In this document: one piece after another, positions 18,793 through 28,400 of the stretch
Position numbering within the stretch: position 1 is the stretch's first letter
How the letters are laid out: the number at the start of each line of letters is the position of its first letter
Position numbers and translations under genes: made by a program
Notes under the pieces: model-generated
Told to the model about the DNA's origin: nothing
Databases searched by the model: none
Seen by the model: the letters and a program-made list of their open reading frames with translations, nothing else
IMG/VR virus record: IMGVR_UViG_3300033121_001619
Coordinates: 1-64,000 of that record
Source of the DNA: a virus
Lineage: Duplodnaviria > Caudoviricetes
Strand: one strand, 5' to 3'
Length of the DNA stretch: 64,000 bases

Positions 18793-19230
18793 ATGATCAA
18801 GCTGAGAGAGAGACGAATTCGGGCCATCATTCGAAAGATGATCAAGGAAGAGGCTTGGGTACCCGGACGATGGATGCCTAGGCAAGGTGAACCCGTCGAT
18901 CGTGATGATTTGGACGACCTCGGAGAGAACGACTCGGAGCTAAACGAGAAGGTCGACTTCACGAAGCAGGAATTCAAGAAAGCCAAGCTAGATTCCTTTC
19001 AGGACACAGATCCAGGATTCCACGACTACTTGCTGAACAACTACAGCAAAGAGGAGCTAGCCTCCGCTGCATTTGCCTACAAGGTGGGGTCTGGTCTCCT
19101 CGGCGGCCTGAAGAGAAAAGTTCCCATCGTGGCCTTCGAGAAGTCGAGTGAGCCTCTCGTCTACTGGGATGACAATCGTCCGAAGATGGTGAACATGGGT
19201 GCTCTGGGTCAGAAGATACGAAGCCTGTGA
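18793..19230 (+). CDS. hypothetical protein with N-terminal IRAIIRKMIKEE motif
   Basis: TAGTTA 5 nt upstream of ATG. Confidence 0.7.
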   Translation: MIKLRERRIRAIIRKMIKEEAWVPGRWMPRQGEPVDRDDLDDLGENDSELNEKVDFTKQEFKKAKLDSFQDTDPGFHDYLLNNYSKEELASAAFAYKVGSGLLGGLKRKVPIVAFEKSSEPLVYWDDNRPKMVNMGALGQKIRSL

Positions 19231-19508
19231 ACGTCCTCCGCGCTTTCATCCGTGAGGTATTGCGGGACGTCCGATTGCGCGAGGGCGGGCCTGGGGCGAC
19301 CGTATCGGTGGATCCCACGAAGAGCACTCGACCTTACGACTACGACATCCCGCGAGGAACTGACGTTCACGCATTCTGGTATCGGTCTCCCGGCCGTCCG
19401 GTCGGAGGAGATGGAGACCCAGGAAGGCCTCCCGATGCTGCTGACTACATCGGCATGAAACACGACGAAGAGTCTGATAGCGGAGGAGAATCAGACAGCG
19501 AAGTATGA
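19227..19508 (+). CDS. hypothetical protein with N-terminal LRAFIREVL motif
   Basis: GTGA-coupled to upstream gene. Confidence 0.65.
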   Translation: MNVLRAFIREVLRDVRLREGGPGATVSVDPTKSTRPYDYDIPRGTDVHAFWYRSPGRPVGGDGDPGRPPDAADYIGMKHDEESDSGGESDSEV

Positions 19509-19757
19509 TGACGTCATGATAAGACCACGCAACGATCCGCGAGAGCAAGTCTACACACCTCTGGAAGAGCTTCGAAAAACGATCGATGGTCTCAAACCCG
19601 GCGAGAAGATCCTGTGTCCAAACACGAAGGAGGAGATCCTTCGTACACAGTCGAACCTCATGAAGAAACGTCTCGAGATAGCGGGCGCAGACCATCACCT
19701 CATGTACATCGATGCACTACTCATCGCAGAGGCCGAGGGAGTCCTGACGTTTCGATC

Positions 19758-20534
19758 ATGAGATTCCCAGAAAGTCTACCGGACAGGATGTCGTTCATAC
19801 TCGAGTGCATCAAGTCGGGCGACTTCGAGGCTTCTTGGACGCGGGTCTCTTACGAGAGAAATGGAAAATACATCGAAGTCGATGTCATGTCCGATGCCCT
19901 CAAGATCGACGGCGTCAGAGTGAACGTCGACGCCACCACGAGTCAGACGGTCGCTGACATGATAGACGCTGTCATGCCGACTAGTCTTCTCGCCGATGTG
20001 ATCCACGGAAAATCGACTCGACGAATTCCTCCGAGACCGCGACCGATCACGTCATCGGCGGCGGCGATGATCGATCAGAGTCGTCTCATAGACGACGATC
20101 TGTCGACCCAGACGTCGCCTGGGATCATCTCGACCGCCGGCAAGCACTGGATCGTCGACGGTCGATTGTCGTCTGGCAAGGTCGCGTGCAACTACGGGTG
20201 GCACTTCGACCCGGGGAAGTACAGGGGAGGAGGATCTCCTGCCGATTGCGGTGATCTGGCCGGTTTTGGCGTGAAGGTCATCCAGAGCCCCGGGACGTTT
20301 CACGATAGATTTCACACCGACTACTCGCAGATATGCCAACTCGTGGCAAGGGTCGCACTCGTCGATGGAGTGCCCATGAGGATCGACGAGGCCCTAGAAG
20401 ACCCTCAGCATGAACGTCTGTTCAGCGCATACGGTACGTCGAGAATCTCGAGACAACCCGGGGTTGCCCGTTATTCGGGACCGATCATTCTGTTTCCGAC
20501 GACGATCGTCGCGTCCTTACCAGGACTCGTCTGA
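19758..20534 (+). CDS. hypothetical enzyme-like protein
   Basis: GKHW, NYGWH, IQ..G..H...H.DYSQ His-rich motifs. Confidence 0.7.
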   Translation: MRFPESLPDRMSFILECIKSGDFEASWTRVSYERNGKYIEVDVMSDALKIDGVRVNVDATTSQTVADMIDAVMPTSLLADVIHGKSTRRIPPRPRPITSSAAAMIDQSRLIDDDLSTQTSPGIISTAGKHWIVDGRLSSGKVACNYGWHFDPGKYRGGGSPADCGDLAGFGVKVIQSPGTFHDRFHTDYSQICQLVARVALVDGVPMRIDEALEDPQHERLFSAYGTSRISRQPGVARYSGPIILFPTTIVASLPGLV

Positions 20535-21257
20535 ATCGATGACGTCGTCGGCTGTCATATTGTCGGCTAGTTTCCTAGATGATCTCGCGGCGACGTAGGG
20601 TTCTTGACGATCGACGTGCTCGCGGTGAGCTTCTAGCGAACCGTATACGTTTTTTGCGATCCCAGACTTCGGACTCAACACCACAGCATAACCGCCGTGA
20701 GATATGCCGAATGACTTCTTCACGTGCCCCATGTGGTCGAAGCGGGTCCCGTCAGGAGACATCGGATCGAACCACGCGGGAGTGACGAAATTCGACACTG
20801 AGACACGCCGTCCGGATGTCTCCACTTCGTAGAAGTCTCCCTCGACAGGATCGACGGCTTCGTAAGCCACTAGCATTCCGTCTCTACGACGTGCCCAGAG
20901 GTTGACGTCAGGATCACAGTAAGCCTCCACGATCTCGTGCGACATGATCGCAGAGACCGACTTCGATCCTACGAGAGGATCCGGATTCGATTCCAGTATG
21001 CGTCGGACGAACACGCGGCCCCAAGACTTCCCGTTCGGCGTCTTCGTGTGATAACCGAGGAGGCCGGCTTGATCAGCGTCATCCATCACGACTATCTGAC
21101 ATCCGACGTCCTCGGGGCCGTTCATGACTAGGTCCACGGGTCCACGGGTCCACAGCGGCATGACGTGATCGATGAGTTGGATCCTGCACGCTTCCCACGC
21201 GATAGAGAAGAGATCGTCAGGCATCGACTCGGACTTGTCGACGACGTTGATGATCAC
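20517..21257 (-). CDS. putative zincin-like metallopeptidase
   Basis: LLGYH...SHEIVEAYCDP...EAVDPVE...VSNFVTPAWF. Confidence 0.55.
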   Translation of the reverse strand: MIINVVDKSESMPDDLFSIAWEACRIQLIDHVMPLWTRGPVDLVMNGPEDVGCQIVVMDDADQAGLLGYHTKTPNGKSWGRVFVRRILESNPDPLVGSKSVSAIMSHEIVEAYCDPDVNLWARRRDGMLVAYEAVDPVEGDFYEVETSGRRVSVSNFVTPAWFDPMSPDGTRFDHMGHVKKSFGISHGGYAVVLSPKSGIAKNVYGSLEAHREHVDRQEPYVAARSSRKLADNMTADDVIDSDESW

Positions 21258-21937
21258 GTCTCAGACCTGAGGGCTTCCAGCAACTCTCTGGTCAATCCCT
21301 GAGACGTCGATCCGACGTCCAAAGATCGAGACGCCCCGTATTCATCAAGGGCACGTGCTGTCCCCGGTCCATACAGACCATCGATCTTCTTGTCGTAATG
21401 CCCTAGACGCTTCAGGACTCCTTGCACTTCGGCAAGCAACGAAGGGGTCCAGGTGACAACAGGTTTTATCGACGCTCCGGAGAACACCTGACCTTCATGT
21501 ATCCGTCTGTTGAGTAGTCCTGGGACGACCTGTTTCTTTCCTCCGATCGTCGCTTTGCTCCATTCCCTCAATAGGGAAGGGACAGAATCGAAGTCTCCGC
21601 GTCTTATCGCGTCAGCGACACCTGTTTTACCGTATACGCCAGTGCCGCAGTTGAATCCAAACGACACGAGAGCATCGAATTGGTTTTGCGTTAGATCGAC
21701 TCCCGGGAAATTCCTGTGTATGGCTTCCTCGCAGGATTTCACGTCGAGTGCGAGCAAATCTAGCGCACGATCACGCGTGATCGGCACGCCATCGGGGAAA
21801 CTCTCGCCCGGCTTGATGAGATGACCGAAACCGATCGTTCGCAATCCTGCTATATCCCTGTAAGGCGTCAGGACACAGCCCTCCCATTTCGCTATCAGTT
21901 CGAGTCCATCACGTGACGTAGACATCAAATTGCTCAT
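21254..21937 (-). CDS. endolysin: GH24 lysozyme plus C-terminal peptidoglycan-binding domain
   Basis: WEGCVLTPYRDIAGLRTIGFGH, QNQFDALVSFGFNCG, GLLNRR..E; VQGVLKRLGHY..IDGLYGPGT. Confidence 0.92.
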   Translation of the reverse strand: MSNLMSTSRDGLELIAKWEGCVLTPYRDIAGLRTIGFGHLIKPGESFPDGVPITRDRALDLLALDVKSCEEAIHRNFPGVDLTQNQFDALVSFGFNCGTGVYGKTGVADAIRRGDFDSVPSLLREWSKATIGGKKQVVPGLLNRRIHEGQVFSGASIKPVVTWTPSLLAEVQGVLKRLGHYDKKIDGLYGPGTARALDEYGASRSLDVGSTSQGLTRELLEALRSET

Positions 21938-22003
21938 ATCGATAAATAACGCAGACTACGAGTTGTGCACTATCGATCCAATCGATGGTATGATGAAGAC
22001 ATC

Positions 22004-22417
22004 ATGGGTATCAAGATCCTGGTGCTGGATGACGACGAGATTCGGCTGAAGGCATTCTCAAAGAAGTATGGAAGCGAGGCACGCGTTGCTCTAGCGTCCG
22101 ATTTCCCAGCTTTCAAGCGATTCCTCGTCGAGGAAGGGCCTTGGGACATCGTCTTCCTCGACCACGACCTGGGTCTCACGGCGATAGACGACGCCTGTTT
22201 CAAGACGGTGCACGGCTGTCAAGAACCATACAACGGCAAGGACGCTGCGAACCTCCTCGTCGACGTCGCTGATCCGAACAGGACGGAAGTCTTCGTCCAC
22301 TCGTGGAATATCGGAGAAGCGATTCGAATGACCGAGCTCCTGGATGAAGCCGGCTTCGCGTGTCATCGCGTCCCATTCGACGCAAATCGACTCCCGACAT
22401 TGCATGACTTCGTCTGA
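22004..22417 (+). CDS. stand-alone receiver domain (cyclic-phosphate-processing receiver-like)
   Basis: ILVLDDD, VFLDHDLG, NGKD, VHSWN. Confidence 0.75.
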   Translation: MGIKILVLDDDEIRLKAFSKKYGSEARVALASDFPAFKRFLVEEGPWDIVFLDHDLGLTAIDDACFKTVHGCQEPYNGKDAANLLVDVADPNRTEVFVHSWNIGEAIRMTELLDEAGFACHRVPFDANRLPTLHDFV

Positions 22418-22734
22418 TCTCGACGCAAGGAGACCAAATGGGACCCAACGACTTGTTTGCGGCGGCCATCGTCGTACTCATTCTTGGACCGGTCGTCGTG
22501 GCCATCGGAAAGTACGTCTATCCCGGGAGGTCGACGAATGAGTAGCATCATCGATGCCAGGGACCGATTCGGGCGTCGAAAGGACGTCTTCACGTCGACG
22601 GACGGTCATCTTCGTGTACAGATGACGTCGACCAATCGTTTGATCGTCACGTGTTCGGAGAAGACGACGCTCGAATTCACCGACGTCGTCTGTCTCATGA
22701 CGTCGCTTCAAGCAGCACTCGAGGAAAGGTGAGA

Positions 22735-23577
22735 ATGACGACCCTAGAAGATTCGAAGAAGAAGCAGCGGACGAAGTCATCGAAGAAGGCGGAGACAGCG
22801 ACCGACAACATCTCCACCTACCTGCAGGACGTCAGGGGACACTCGATGTTGAGTCACGAAGAGCTCGTGCGTCTCTTCGTGACATACAACGAGGGCGGCC
22901 CCGGGAGCGAGGCCGCGAAGAAGCGCCTCATCGAGGCGAATCTACGTCTCGTCATATCCATCGCGAAGAAGCACAATCGCGGAAAGAGCGGGTCGCTAGA
23001 CGACCTCATCCAAGAGGGCAACATCGGCCTGATGAAGGCGGTCGACAAGTTCGATCACAAGAAGGGGTATCGTTTCTCCACGTACGCCACGTGGTGGATC
23101 AAGCAGGCAATTGCCCAACATTCTCTGAAGGGACGTCGCACGATCAGGCTGCCGGCGCACGCCATCAACGTCCAGAAGCGGATAATCGACGCGACGAATG
23201 CCCTCAAGGCATCGACGGGATCCTCTCCCAGTCCGGAAGAGGTGATGGACGCCGTGAAGGCTTCAGAGACCGTCATGAAAGCGACGATGATGGTCGGTCG
23301 CGACACCGTGTCACTCAACCAGACGTTCACGATGGACCCAGAGTCGGGTTGCATCGAGGACAGGATCGAGGACATTCGTCCCGAGTCGAATCCCTTCGAG
23401 TGTCTCGCATCCAAGGAGCTGCGTGACGTCGTCAAGTCTGTGCTGTCCTCTCTCACTGATAAAGAGGCAGCAATCGTCAAGTTGCGTTTCGGCCTTCTCG
23501 ACGAACCTTCTGGTGAAGAATACGACATGTCGCCGGAGGAAGTCGCAACAGCGACGCGGTCCGGACGAATAGGGTGA
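22735..23577 (+). CDS. sigma70-family (RpoD-like) factor lacking region 4.2
   Basis: [70 protein letters not shown] then premature end. Confidence 0.9.
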   Translation: MTTLEDSKKKQRTKSSKKAETATDNISTYLQDVRGHSMLSHEELVRLFVTYNEGGPGSEAAKKRLIEANLRLVISIAKKHNRGKSGSLDDLIQEGNIGLMKAVDKFDHKKGYRFSTYATWWIKQAIAQHSLKGRRTIRLPAHAINVQKRIIDATNALKASTGSSPSPEEVMDAVKASETVMKATMMVGRDTVSLNQTFTMDPESGCIEDRIEDIRPESNPFECLASKELRDVVKSVLSSLTDKEAAIVKLRFGLLDEPSGEEYDMSPEEVATATRSGRIG

Positions 23578-23578
23578 C

Positions 23579-23791
23579 ATGGATCCGACGACCATGGTCA
23601 TCATGTCGATCGTCTTTCTTGCGCACGAGTTCGTCATGTTTTCGATGTTGTTCAACGGTCTTCGCAAGACGCGCGATGAGATGAGGACGGCAGTCGACGA
23701 CATCGGCTCCAAGTTGAACGATGACTCGTGGGGCATGACGATGCGTCTCAACGAACTACGACAGCGAAAGTTCGCTCCGAAAATGAAGTGA
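23579..23791 (+). CDS. small membrane protein
   Basis: N-terminal hydrophobic helix. Confidence 0.55.
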   Translation: MDPTTMVIMSIVFLAHEFVMFSMLFNGLRKTRDEMRTAVDDIGSKLNDDSWGMTMRLNELRQRKFAPKMK

Positions 23792-24081
23792 AGAAGGACA
23801 CAGGAAAGATGAAAGAACGAACGGGCGTGTGTGTCAACGACTACGACGGACTCAATCTCCGAGAGATCGGAGATCTCATGACCGAGTGTGGATTCAAGAT
23901 GAATCACTCGACGGCCATGAACTATGTGAATCGCAGCATGTTCAAGTTCGCGCAAGCCATAAGCGACGAGTGGGAATTGGATCTATCGGAATCTCGTCTG
24001 ATGAGAATCGCCAAGTCGCCTGAATTTCAACATGCCATCGGCGACATGTTGAAGACGATCAAAGAAGAGGGAGGTCTGTAA
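23788..24081 (+). CDS. small HTH protein resembling sigma region 4.2
   Basis: DGLNLREIGDLM...NHSTAMNYVNRSMFKF. Confidence 0.55.
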   Translation: MKKDTGKMKERTGVCVNDYDGLNLREIGDLMTECGFKMNHSTAMNYVNRSMFKFAQAISDEWELDLSESRLMRIAKSPEFQHAIGDMLKTIKEEGGL

Positions 24082-24083
24082 GA

Positions 24084-24473
24084 ATGAGATTGAGCAAGAA
24101 GACGCGCGGAAGGGTTACGTTGGTCGATTATCTTCGCAGGAAAGGACAGACGATGTCCGATCTGATCGGACAGAACGGGTCCTACGACGACGTCGCGAGA
24201 TACTGCGAGGACTTCCACCTAGTACCTCCCACACGTGAGGAATTCGACGGCATGTATCAGGTGTCTGCGATCGATCGACGGGATCGTCAGAGCGTTCTCG
24301 ATGAGTCCACGGTCGCGACGTGGGAAAAGATCTTCAAGGAGACAGTCAGCGCGAGAGTTGACTCTCTCGAATTCGAGAAGGTCGACGATGGCGTGTCGAC
24401 GGCATCAATTGTGATCGATCGACAGGGAAACGCGACACCTCAAACGAAGAAGAAGAAAGCAAAGAATGCCTGA
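24084..24473 (+). CDS. hypothetical protein
   Basis: GGAGG SD; overlaps ligase start. Confidence 0.65.
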   Translation: MRLSKKTRGRVTLVDYLRRKGQTMSDLIGQNGSYDDVARYCEDFHLVPPTREEFDGMYQVSAIDRRDRQSVLDESTVATWEKIFKETVSARVDSLEFEKVDDGVSTASIVIDRQGNATPQTKKKKAKNA

Positions 24474-25833
24474 GAAAACTGTCATCGACGTCCTCGAAGA
24501 CTTGGAGTCTGTCAACGCACGCACGTACAAGGAGACCGTCCTACGTCGAAGGGCGTCTGACGATCTTCTACGTCGGATATTCGTTGCAGCATCCGATCCA
24601 TACCGAAATTACTTCGTCAGCCAATTCAGGTTGCCGAGCGTCTCCGACGGAGTCCCATCACACGAGGTCGACGATGACGACTACGTCGCGGCGTTCCTGG
24701 ACATCCTCGAGAACGACATCATGACGAGGAAGGTCGTCGGTAAAGCGGCACGTCAGCACCTCGAAGCGTTCTTCTCCGGCCTCCCCACGAGGAGGATCCA
24801 GGAGTGGTGTCGCAGGATCTTGCTCAAGAACCTTCGCGTGGGAGTGAGCGAGTCGACGATCGACAAGGTGTGGCCTGGGTCGATCCGAAAATTCTCCGTC
24901 CAGTTGGCGGAGTCTCTCGACGTCAGAAACATCAAGGGTGAGTGGATCCTCAATGACGACGTCGCGTTCCCGCTATGGGTCGAACCGAAACTCGATGGCC
25001 TTCGTTGCGTGGCCATCAAAGCAGGAGGAGAGGTAACTCTCTACACGCGCTCTGGATCTGTGATCGACACTCTCCCGACAATAGCGAAGACTATCGCGGA
25101 ATTTCCTGTCGACGACGTCGTGTTCGATGGAGAGTGCATGGGGAAGGACTGGAATGAGTCGTCCTCCGTCGTCATGTCGAAGAAGACTCGAAAGGACGAT
25201 TCGTGCATGACTTATCACGTCTTTGACATGATACCCTTGGTGACGTGGCGAGATCAGTCTCGGTCTTTTGATCTCTATGCTCGTCGACGTGTCATGCATG
25301 CCGTCGTACCGACGACAGGACCCGTACGCATCGTCGAAGGTGTGCAGGTCGGGTCCGTCAAGGAGTTGTTCGAGGTCTATTCTAGATTTCTCGAACAACG
25401 CTACGAGGGGGCCATGGTCAAGTCACCTGACGCCGCGTACGACTTCAAGCGATCGCGTGCCGTCCTCAAGATGAAGCCTGTTGCGTCGAGAGAACTCGTC
25501 ATCGTCGGATATCACGAAGGAAACGCCGGCTCGAAACGAGAGGGTCAATTCGGAGGATTCGACGCAGTGGCCGACAACGGCGTGGTGACGAGTGTGGGCG
25601 GTGGATTCGATGACAAGCTGCGAGCTGCCATCCAGCTAGACCGTCCCGAGTCGTATGTCGGAAAGGTCATCGAGTGTGAGTATCAACCTGATCCGACGAC
25701 CCAGGACGGTCTCACACGCGATGGACGTCTACGATTTCCCGTCTTCATCAGGTTTCGTGATTCACGTGATTGCGACCAACGACTATTGCAGGTAGCAGAC
25801 AAGTACGTCTCGGGAGGCATGCACAGTGCGTGA
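24466..25833 (+). CDS. ATP-dependent DNA ligase
   Basis: EPKLDGLR (motif I), FDGE, EGAMVK, LKMK, LRFPVF. Confidence 0.95.
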   Translation: MPEKTVIDVLEDLESVNARTYKETVLRRRASDDLLRRIFVAASDPYRNYFVSQFRLPSVSDGVPSHEVDDDDYVAAFLDILENDIMTRKVVGKAARQHLEAFFSGLPTRRIQEWCRRILLKNLRVGVSESTIDKVWPGSIRKFSVQLAESLDVRNIKGEWILNDDVAFPLWVEPKLDGLRCVAIKAGGEVTLYTRSGSVIDTLPTIAKTIAEFPVDDVVFDGECMGKDWNESSSVVMSKKTRKDDSCMTYHVFDMIPLVTWRDQSRSFDLYARRRVMHAVVPTTGPVRIVEGVQVGSVKELFEVYSRFLEQRYEGAMVKSPDAAYDFKRSRAVLKMKPVASRELVIVGYHEGNAGSKREGQFGGFDAVADNGVVTSVGGGFDDKLRAAIQLDRPESYVGKVIECEYQPDPTTQDGLTRDGRLRFPVFIRFRDSRDCDQRLLQVADKYVSGGMHSA

Positions 25834-26089
25834 CATGAGGGGCGGCATCATACAAGTCGGCGACGAGTTGGTGTACGTGTCAGATGGGCCACGTCTGACG
25901 CACGGCATCGTCGTGAAGGTCGAGGACGATCGAATTCTCGTGAGACGCATGAACGTCGCTTCGAGCGGCCGACATGCCATAAAGGACGGAGCGTTCGTTC
26001 AGGAGAGATTCGCGAAAGGAGAACTTGTGGTTCCCAAGAAATGCTGGGTGCACGTCGAAAGTCGCTGTCTGGTCGTGAAGACTCACTAG
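25826..26089 (+). CDS. small SH3/KOW-like hypothetical protein
   Basis: IQVGDELVYV...GIVVKV. Confidence 0.55.
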   Translation: MRDMRGGIIQVGDELVYVSDGPRLTHGIVVKVEDDRILVRRMNVASSGRHAIKDGAFVQERFAKGELVVPKKCWVHVESRCLVVKTH

Positions 26090-26138
26090 TCGCCGACAGG
26101 TCATGAAATAGAAGACGCTCTTTTGGTATAGTTGATCC

Positions 26139-27473
26139 ATGAGGTCGATCAAGATGGACGTCCACGATAACGCTGGTCCCGTCGATGCAGCGAAAGTCCC
26201 CGGCGCGAAATTCAATCTCGATGAGCACCTGATCAAGCTGTACTCCGAGATACCGTTCTTCGCGTGCATCCTTCGTCACATCAACAAGGTGCCGTCGACG
26301 ACAGTGCCCACCGCTGCCGTCTCGTACGACGAGAAGAGCGACATGGTGACCCTTCTCTACAACCCAGACTACATGGCTTCCTTGAGCGGCAAGGCCGCTC
26401 GTGGAACACTCATCCACGAGGTGTATCACGTCGTGTGCGGTCATCTCAACGAGCGTCGACGCACGCCGGCTAAGCGTTGGAACTGGGCGACTGACTTGGC
26501 GATCAATTCTCTCATCGAAGCAACGTACAAGGACGCTCAGACTGATCTGTCGGGAGACTCGTGGCTTCCGTACGGCGTCCTGATTCCAGGTAAGCCGGCG
26601 ACGAAGAGCAACGGAAGTCTCTTCTCCGAAGAAGAGAAGAAAAAGAGGCCGGTCATCAGCCTCATCGAGTCTCTTCCTCCTCTTCGCAGCTCAGAATTCT
26701 ACTTCGATCAACTCGAAGGTCAAGAAGGTCAAGACGGTGACGACGGTGGCGTCGGAACCGTCGATTCCCACGACTTCTGGGACTCCATCCCGGAGGACAA
26801 ACGAGAATTCGTTCGCGACAAGATCAAGTACATCGTCGGGAAGGCGACGAAGGTCGCCAACTCGTCCCAGAAAGGGTGGGGGTCGATTCCCGCCGACATC
26901 GTCAGGGAAATAACTGCCTCTGTCGAATCGACCGTCGACTGGCGTTCTCAACTCCTTCAGTTCGCCGGAAACAGCGTCAAGCTCGACAAGATGAGGACCT
27001 TGCGACGCATCGACAAGCGTTTTCCCATGGTGTACGGCGGTCCGCGATCGAAGCGGACCGGACGCCTCCTCATCGCCGTCGACCAATCCGGATCTGTGTC
27101 CGACGATCTCCTCGCTCAGTTCTCGTCCGAGCTGTCGTCACTCACGAAGATCCTGACGATCGACGTCCTTCCCTTCGACTCGGAGGCGCGCCAGGAGGAC
27201 GTGTATCAGTGGAATCGAGGTCGTTCGTTCTCGATGACTCGAACGAAATGCGGTGGGACCTCGTTCGAGGCCGTCAACGAGCTCGTCAATTCCGACAAGA
27301 ATCGCGGTCGTTGGGATGGTGTCTTGATCCTGACCGACGGTGAGTGCTTCAAGCCCGGCGCATCACGTGTCAAGCGAGCGTGGGTCTTGGGCAAGGACAA
27401 CACCCTCGGGTTCACGACCGAGGAATTGCAGATCAAGATCGGTCAGAGAGCCTCTGGCGGCGCCTGGCGTTGA
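26139..27473 (+). CDS. DUF2201-type metallopeptidase plus vWA domain protein
   Basis: HEVYH, WNWATDLAIN, AVDQSGS (MIDAS), GGTSF, LTDG. Confidence 0.88.
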   Translation: MRSIKMDVHDNAGPVDAAKVPGAKFNLDEHLIKLYSEIPFFACILRHINKVPSTTVPTAAVSYDEKSDMVTLLYNPDYMASLSGKAARGTLIHEVYHVVCGHLNERRRTPAKRWNWATDLAINSLIEATYKDAQTDLSGDSWLPYGVLIPGKPATKSNGSLFSEEEKKKRPVISLIESLPPLRSSEFYFDQLEGQEGQDGDDGGVGTVDSHDFWDSIPEDKREFVRDKIKYIVGKATKVANSSQKGWGSIPADIVREITASVESTVDWRSQLLQFAGNSVKLDKMRTLRRIDKRFPMVYGGPRSKRTGRLLIAVDQSGSVSDDLLAQFSSELSSLTKILTIDVLPFDSEARQEDVYQWNRGRSFSMTRTKCGGTSFEAVNELVNSDKNRGRWDGVLILTDGECFKPGASRVKRAWVLGKDNTLGFTTEELQIKIGQRASGGAWR

Positions 27474-27476
27474 TGC

Positions 27477-28388
27477 CTAGGCAGTCCACGATCTGATCGT
27501 GTTGATTTCGGCCAAGGGGCTACCTCCGGCCTTGGGTCCCGTGTTGGGACTCACGTCGTAGTAAGCCCCTGTCGTATCAGCCGAGCCCGTGACAGTCCAA
27601 CATCGCGGCACTCTAGGTGTCACGTCGACGTCGTAACCTTGCATCCTATACCACGTGACGGTGACGACGGCGTCACACTCTGTAGTATTGCTGTCAGTGT
27701 TTCCAGCAGCGTCTCTAGCACGCACGACGTAGTAGTAACGAGTACCGGCAAGGATCGTGGAGTCCAGGTAACTCGTCGATCCTGTGACAGCATCCAAGAT
27801 AGAGGCGAATGCTTGACCTCCGCTGGACGTGGCTCGGTGAATTCGATAGATGATCGAATTCGTCGCCGTGAAGTCATCTTGCGCAGGATTCCACGACAGC
27901 TGTATGCTTGATCCTGTGGCATATGCAGACGTCAAGCCTGCGAACGTGGGAGCCGTGGAGTCGCTGGTCGTGGTGAAGTAAGACGACGATGTGTTCGTGC
28001 TCTCGTTTCCTATGACGTCGACGGCCTTGACGACCACGTGATATTGCGTCCCAGGAGATCGATCGGTTATCGCGTAGCTAGTGGATCCTGCACTTGTTTG
28101 ATACGAGTGAGAGCCGGACACTAGGCTTGGAGGAGAGCTAGCGGAGATGAAGATGCGGTACTTCAGGTAACCAGCGGCGCCCGTGTCGTCTGAAGCAGCC
28201 GACCAGCTTATGGTGGTGCCACTCGCCGAAGTGTTGCTGTACGTGAGTTGTCCCCCGAACGTCGGTGGAGTCGTGTCGAATGATATCGACTTCACACCCG
28301 ACCCAGACAGCGGTGACTTTCTCGGGGACGTGACGCTCGACCCAAAGGACCCAGAATGTCCTGCGTTATTTCCAGCCCTGTTGGGCAT
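27477..28388 (-). CDS. fibronectin type III repeat virion protein
   Basis: two FN3 units (ISWSAASDD..YRI..YHVVVKAVD..GN; LSWNPAQDD..YYYVVRARDAAGN). Confidence 0.8.
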   Translation of the reverse strand: MPNRAGNNAGHSGSFGSSVTSPRKSPLSGSGVKSISFDTTPPTFGGQLTYSNTSASGTTISWSAASDDTGAAGYLKYRIFISASSPPSLVSGSHSYQTSAGSTSYAITDRSPGTQYHVVVKAVDVIGNESTNTSSSYFTTTSDSTAPTFAGLTSAYATGSSIQLSWNPAQDDFTATNSIIYRIHRATSSGGQAFASILDAVTGSTSYLDSTILAGTRYYYVVRARDAAGNTDSNTTECDAVVTVTWYRMQGYDVDVTPRVPRCWTVTGSADTTGAYYDVSPNTGPKAGGSPLAEINTIRSWTA

Positions 28389-28400
28389 TGTAGCCTCCCG

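Noticed and set aside
26139-27473. Complete MoxR-vWA chaperone system
   Set aside because: No AAA+ ATPase partner is present in this window.
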